Source: a virus. From it: a DNA stretch of 38,283 bases. The position numbers and the translations under genes are program-made. This document shows positions 34,446 to 38,283 of this stretch, in pieces. The stretch lies in UHGV virus genome UHGV-1369770. One strand, given 5' to 3'. The notes beneath the pieces are model-generated. The model was not told the origin of the DNA, searched no databases, and worked only from the letters and a program-made list of their open reading frames with translations. Within the stretch, counting starts at the first letter, position 1. Every line of letters begins with the position of its first letter.

Positions 34446-34675
34446 CTGTAACCCTCCATAAAAGGACTTTGAGCTATTGCTCTTATATCCCTTAATTGCT
34501 TCTCAAGCATCTCGTCCTTTACATTGTATCTGTCAATTACTATTGGGGCGGCCAAATCTTTGATATAACTCTGGCGTATTACTACTGGTTCATCGTTTAC
34601 TTCTTTAGTTACTTTACGACCGTTGATGATACTCTGAATATCAGCATCGCTTAATACTATTACTGGTTTATTCAT
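34442..34675 (-). CDS. hypothetical protein (77 aa)
   Basis: ORF in a tightly packed operon. Its stop overlaps the downstream gene's start by 4 bp. Confidence 0.4.
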   Translation of the reverse strand: MNKPVIVLSDADIQSIINGRKVTKEVNDEPVVIRQSYIKDLAAPIVIDRYNVKDEMLEKQLRDIRAIAQSPFMEGYR

Positions 34676-34686
34676 CGCTGTTCCTC

Positions 34687-34935
34687 CTAAAATTTCAGAC
34701 TGTCGCCTATCATTTTATTTAATTCATAAAGGACCTCGTGTGGTAACACCGCTTGTACATTGACGCCAGTTTCATCACATTTAATGTCTAATGTGTAATC
34801 AACACCCGTCTCCCCATTTTTACAATAGGCTTCTTTTTCAAGATGAACCTTGTATAAATGCCTACCATTGAATACAATATTCTTTTGTTGCACATTATTG
34901 CTGACGTTCTCGTCATACGTTACTTCATAACTCAT
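34687..34935 (-). CDS. hypothetical protein (82 aa)
   Basis: ORF in a tightly packed operon. Confidence 0.4.
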   Translation of the reverse strand: MSYEVTYDENVSNNVQQKNIVFNGRHLYKVHLEKEAYCKNGETGVDYTLDIKCDETGVNVQAVLPHEVLYELNKMIGDSLKF

Positions 34936-35324
34936 TCCGATCCCTCCAATAACTCACTATTCTCGTAGATATTACCAACAATCTCAATATCGTCGGTAGC
35001 TTCAAATAAATCCTCAGATATATTTTCCCACTCATATTTAAATGCACCATTTTCAAAAATTACTTGTCCGTGCACTTCTTGATGGTCATCCCAGCCAATA
35101 TCACCCTCAAAACTTTCAACGCCGTTCTTGTCTTTCAAGCCTGTTGATTGCATGAGAACATACTTATCAATCATTCCCCACATGCCATTTCCTAGATTGA
35201 TAAGAGGCGCTATAAATCCTGTATCATCATCAATAGTCCATTCTACATTTTTATCTTCATCAGGATAATACATTATGTTTTCTTTTACTGAATATGCTCT
35301 AAACTTTGGAATCATTTTCTTCAC
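34932..35324 (-). CDS. YopX-family protein
   Basis: N-terminus MKKMIPKFRAYSVKENIMYYPDED is the YopX signature. Confidence 0.65.
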   Translation of the reverse strand: MKKMIPKFRAYSVKENIMYYPDEDKNVEWTIDDDTGFIAPLINLGNGMWGMIDKYVLMQSTGLKDKNGVESFEGDIGWDDHQEVHGQVIFENGAFKYEWENISEDLFEATDDIEIVGNIYENSELLEGSE

Positions 35325-35871
35325 TCGCTTTCAACTCTTGTTTGCTTAAATATTCTTGGAATCTCACTTTATCTTGCACATTCCAAACGTGGTTACCATA
35401 GTTTTTATACTCAGTTCTAGGCATTTTTTTATAAGGGATTTTTTCACGTTGGCAATGTGCGATTAGAGACGACATCTTAATGTTTAATTTTGTGCATATT
35501 TGGCTGAGGTAGTAATCTTCGTCAATCAAACGTCGGATTTCTGTATCTAGCTCTTTAATCTTCTTGTGCTTTGTCAGCCCTAATTTTTTAGCCCTAAACT
35601 CAACAGCTCCAACTGTACGATTTAACCTATCAGCTATATACTTATTTTTCATAGATAAATAGTGCTTTTTTAAGAACTCATCCTCTTTTTCAGACCATAG
35701 ACGGTGCATGTAGCATCTAAAATTATCTTCTTTTCGCATTTTGCACAATTTTTTTCTAATCGCATTGATGCTTCTATTCAAGTACTTAGAAGCTTCAATT
35801 AGCTGAGTATCGTTTTCAAAAACGAAATACTCTAAATACACTAGTTCGTCTTCTGTCCATTTTCTATACAT
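35299..35871 (-). CDS. SANT/Myb-like double HTH DNA-binding protein
   Basis: Two W-containing repeats (WTEDELVYLEYF...; WSEKEDEFLKKHY...). GGTGA SD. Confidence 0.4.
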   Translation of the reverse strand: MYRKWTEDELVYLEYFVFENDTQLIEASKYLNRSINAIRKKLCKMRKEDNFRCYMHRLWSEKEDEFLKKHYLSMKNKYIADRLNRTVGAVEFRAKKLGLTKHKKIKELDTEIRRLIDEDYYLSQICTKLNIKMSSLIAHCQREKIPYKKMPRTEYKNYGNHVWNVQDKVRFQEYLSKQELKASEENDSKV

Positions 35872-35883
35872 GAAATCACCACA

Positions 35884-36828
35884 CTAGGAAAGTTGCATCA
35901 ATGCACCAAGAATCTTTTCATCATCTTTACTCTGCAATTCATCAATGATATGCATGTATGTTTCTTGAGTAGTAGTCACGCTTGAATGACCTAGACGTTT
36001 AGCTATGCTATGAGTTGACACCCCGTCAGCGAGTAAAATACTTGCATGTGTATGTCTAAGTCCGTGCATTGTGATGACAGTGATTCCTGATTCTTTGCAT
36101 TTTCTGATCAGGTGGGAATTGTATGTTGAATTGAAAATTCGTTTATATTTGCCTGTCTTTTCATCTCGATTTACAAAAATCAATTCATCTTGAGGTAAAT
36201 TTTCAATGAGCGGTTTAAACTGACCAACTATTTGCCAATCGATGCTTATCGTTCTAACAGAACTTTTGTTTTTCGTATCCTGAAAAAACATTGTAGAATT
36301 TTTGTAGTTCAATGTTTTATTAATGCTGACGGTATTTCTGGTCCAATCAAAATCAGCTGGTGTTAACGCAATGGCTTCCGCAAAGCGCATTCCTGTTTTT
36401 GCAACCAGTAAAATGAACCAATCCATATTTATCCCTTCGCCAAGTTCTAGTGATCTCAACAGCTTTTGTAGTTCGCCTTTTTGCAGGAATTTTTTCTTTT
36501 TTGGTCTCGGCGGTATTCCTTTGATAATCGCTTTGTAGGTTGGATCACGTTTAATTAGTCCTTCGTGATACATATCTCTTACACAGCTGCCAATTTGGTG
36601 ATGAAAATCCATTGTTGTCTGCCGCTCATGTGTCAGAGCGTATTCATTAAGGATGCTTTGATAAGCCTTTCTATCTAATTTATCTATCGTTAAATCAGGG
36701 CAAATTTCAGTAAGGTGTTTGTGGGCTATATAATATTTACTAACTGAGATATCTCTAATTGCACCGACTTTGTAAGTTTCAATCCATTCTAAAAAATAGC
36801 CAGCAAAAAGTCTGGGACGTTTGCTCAT
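35884..36828 (-). CDS. tyrosine site-specific recombinase (second, 314 aa) embedded in the early operon
   Basis: C-terminal catalytic region HGLRHTHASILLADGVSTHSIAKRLGHSSVTTTQETYMHI carries the R..HxxR..Y pattern. An earlier box (ARTGMRFAEAIALTPADFD) supplies the first Arg. No arm-binding N-domain. Overlaps the upstream gene by 4 nt. Confidence 0.85.
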   Translation of the reverse strand: MSKRPRLFAGYFLEWIETYKVGAIRDISVSKYYIAHKHLTEICPDLTIDKLDRKAYQSILNEYALTHERQTTMDFHHQIGSCVRDMYHEGLIKRDPTYKAIIKGIPPRPKKKKFLQKGELQKLLRSLELGEGINMDWFILLVAKTGMRFAEAIALTPADFDWTRNTVSINKTLNYKNSTMFFQDTKNKSSVRTISIDWQIVGQFKPLIENLPQDELIFVNRDEKTGKYKRIFNSTYNSHLIRKCKESGITVITMHGLRHTHASILLADGVSTHSIAKRLGHSSVTTTQETYMHIIDELQSKDDEKILGALMQLS

Positions 36829-37517
36829 TCGTTTTCTCCTCCTAACACGCTGGGACTTTCGATGTGATCAATAGCTTCTTCCAGCCATTCTCTGACTTGA
36901 AACTCTCTTGTGACCACATCGCTGTGCGGCATAACATTTACATCGCTAAAAGCCAACGAATCATCTTTTGAATTTTGTAAAAAGTAAATCTGTTTTATTT
37001 TTCTGTCTAGCGAATCACCGTGGACTACGGTGGCATTCATCCCACGAATAGCAAGATTGAACAGCAGGAACGGAATGGTTCTATCAGATAACTCCTCTAA
37101 ATCGTAAAAAGTCATTGATGGTTTATATTCAAAAAAACCAATAGATAGTCTGTCTGCTCGCCATTTTTGTATGATCATTCCACCTGTCCCAGAAGCTACT
37201 TCATGTGTCAACCCACTTCCAGGCCCTACGATTTTTGCAATCACTTCCCCAATTGAATTTGGCGTAAAATCTTGCTTCTTAACTTTCCGATCAGCATGTT
37301 CGTCTTGAAAATATTCGTGAAACCAATCGAAAGTTAAATCTTTTTCTATTTCTAAAAATTTGTTAAACACGATTTCTCGTTTATCGCGACTTAGTAATAT
37401 ATTCATGAGCGCTTCTGGCGCTTTGTAGGCATCATCAACATCTAGCAATTCATTTATTTTTTCTGTTGTTAGTTTCATCGTTTTTAAAGGAGCAAAAAGC
37501 TTTTTATGCGGCCGCAA
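36825..37517 (-). CDS. N6-adenine DNA methyltransferase-like protein, N-terminal half only (HsdM/gamma-class motifs X, I, II-III present; no NPPY/F catalytic motif)
   Basis: DFTPNSIGEVIAKIVGP (motif X), EVASGTGGMII (motif I), LLFNLAIRGMNATVVHGDSL (HsdM-like ...mN..lhG....GDsL). The ORF ends 60 aa later with no (D/N)PP(Y/F). Confidence 0.45.
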   Translation of the reverse strand: MRPHKKLFAPLKTMKLTTEKINELLDVDDAYKAPEALMNILLSRDKREIVFNKFLEIEKDLTFDWFHEYFQDEHADRKVKKQDFTPNSIGEVIAKIVGPGSGLTHEVASGTGGMIIQKWRADRLSIGFFEYKPSMTFYDLEELSDRTIPFLLFNLAIRGMNATVVHGDSLDRKIKQIYFLQNSKDDSLAFSDVNVMPHSDVVTREFQVREWLEEAIDHIESPSVLGGENE

Positions 37518-37534
37518 ACTCCACTCCTTTCTAT

Positions 37535-38275
37535 TTATTTTTTCTCTAGAACCTTTTTAAATATGTCATCCACTAATTTTTCTGGAATATTTGATCGTTC
37601 ATTATAGCTTTTGGAAAAATTCCCCCAAGCAATTTCTTGTTTAATAACTTTATTTTTCAATCCCAAATGGATATTACTAGCAAATTTCGTGGGCTTCTGT
37701 AATGGATAATCATAATTGTTATACCTGGTTAAATTTTTAAATGGCAGTTTAAAATTCAAGACATCTTCGATATATTCCCAAATTTTGCCACTAGCGGGGT
37801 TCTCAATGATGAAATATTTTGGTTGGTACTTTTTTATAATTTTTATAGTATTAAAAACCGTTAACTCTCCATTCACTCTTTTTAAAAATTGCCTTTCATA
37901 AACATAATTAGTATCTTCGTAATCTATTGTGGTTCTTATAGTAAACGGGCTTGGTAATATCTGTGGTGCAAATAAATTATCTGTTACATCTTCTCTTTTC
38001 CAACAAGCATTACCATTTTTCATTGCACTAGCTACTGACCAGCTTTCACATGGTGGGCTTGCAATGATTAAATCTGGCTTTGGTAATTTGTCTAAAACTT
38101 TGAATAATTTATTATCATTAAACATATAAGAATAGTCCGCTAAATTCAGATGAATAAAATGGTCATTCTTATTTTCAATATCCAAACCTATGCTGTATAT
38201 TTCTATATCTTCAAACTTTTGTGCAGAACGCTTATAACATCCGTTCCCACTATCAAATAGTGCCCATACTATCAT
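37535..38275 (-). CDS. C5-cytosine DNA methyltransferase-like protein, atypically short (246 aa; motifs I, IV, VI present, degenerate motif VIII, no obvious target-recognition domain)
   Basis: LFDSGNG (motif I-like), DLIIASPPCESWSVAS (motif IV PC dipeptide), PKYFIIENPASG (motif VI ENx), YDYPLQKPTKF against the canonical QxRxR. Confidence 0.4.
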   Translation of the reverse strand: MIVWALFDSGNGCYKRSAQKFEDIEIYSIGLDIENKNDHFIHLNLADYSYMFNDNKLFKVLDKLPKPDLIIASPPCESWSVASAMKNGNACWKREDVTDNLFAPQILPSPFTIRTTIDYEDTNYVYERQFLKRVNGELTVFNTIKIIKKYQPKYFIIENPASGKIWEYIEDVLNFKLPFKNLTRYNNYDYPLQKPTKFASNIHLGLKNKVIKQEIAWGNFSKSYNERSNIPEKLVDDIFKKVLEKK

Positions 38276-38283
38276 AATTTCAA

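Larger units (their letters stand above)
1..38283. mobile_element. Temperate siphovirus genome or prophage (circularly permuted view); all ORF-dense sequence is phage-like
   Basis: Contiguous phage modules seen directly: lysogeny, recombination/replication, packaging, head, tail, lysis. No recognisable host housekeeping gene. A tRNA with phage genes on both sides. Confidence 0.8.

Overview
The whole 38.3 kb window is AT-rich (about 35% GC) temperate siphovirus DNA from a low-GC Firmicute; the host cannot be assigned, but gene content resembles Listeria-like or Lactobacillales prophages. No clearly bacterial housekeeping gene is present.

Layout in window coordinates:
- 1-7073, minus strand: early, recombination and replication genes, transcribed right to left. 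These are a cro-like regulator, a Rha/ORF6C antirepressor, an ERF-family annealing protein, a DUF1351 protein, an HNH-like protein, a replisome organiser and SSB.
- 7100-9423, plus strand: lysogeny module. These are a non-LexA cI-like repressor, an ImmA/IrrE metalloprotease and a tyrosine integrase with an N-terminal arm-binding domain.
- 9732-10280, plus strand: a moron gene for a glycine-zipper membrane protein.
- 10325-10398, minus strand: a complete tRNA-Met (CAT) whose 3' end faces the integrase, so it is the likely attachment site.
- 10429-11762, minus strand: three genes predicted to form a toxin-antitoxin-chaperone (TAC) module (HigB-like, HigA-like, SecB-like), sitting at the lysis-to-att hotspot.
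- 12060-32091, minus strand: a complete late operon. It holds a signal-peptide amidase endolysin, a holin, a BppU-type receptor-binding protein, Tal, Dit, tape measure protein (TMP), tail assembly chaperones, an Ig-like protein, major tail protein, connector proteins, major capsid protein, scaffold, a Mu-F-like minor head protein, portal, and the terminase large (TerL) and small (TerS) subunits.
- 32092-33117: about 1 kb of non-coding sequence with back-to-back terminators, a tRNA-like element and a roughly 580 nt GC-elevated candidate large structured RNA (ROOL/GOLLD-like).
- 33118-38275, minus strand: the late-early block. It holds an ArpU-like late activator, DUF1642 and YopX proteins, a Myb/SANT-like protein, a second tyrosine recombinase and two atypical or incomplete DNA-methyltransferase-like ORFs.

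Reading the minus strand, the gene order is that of a single circularly permuted phage genome.

Most notable observation: the major capsid and major tail genes each end with an identical -1 slippery heptamer (C CCA AAA) two codons before the stop. Each is followed 6 nt later by a conserved hairpin or pseudoknot. Their -1 frames encode homologous 24-residue C-terminal extensions (SITPVIGKMTPTKTGVIIEMEKGE and SVAPKVGKLTPTTSGVVIEMEEGA).
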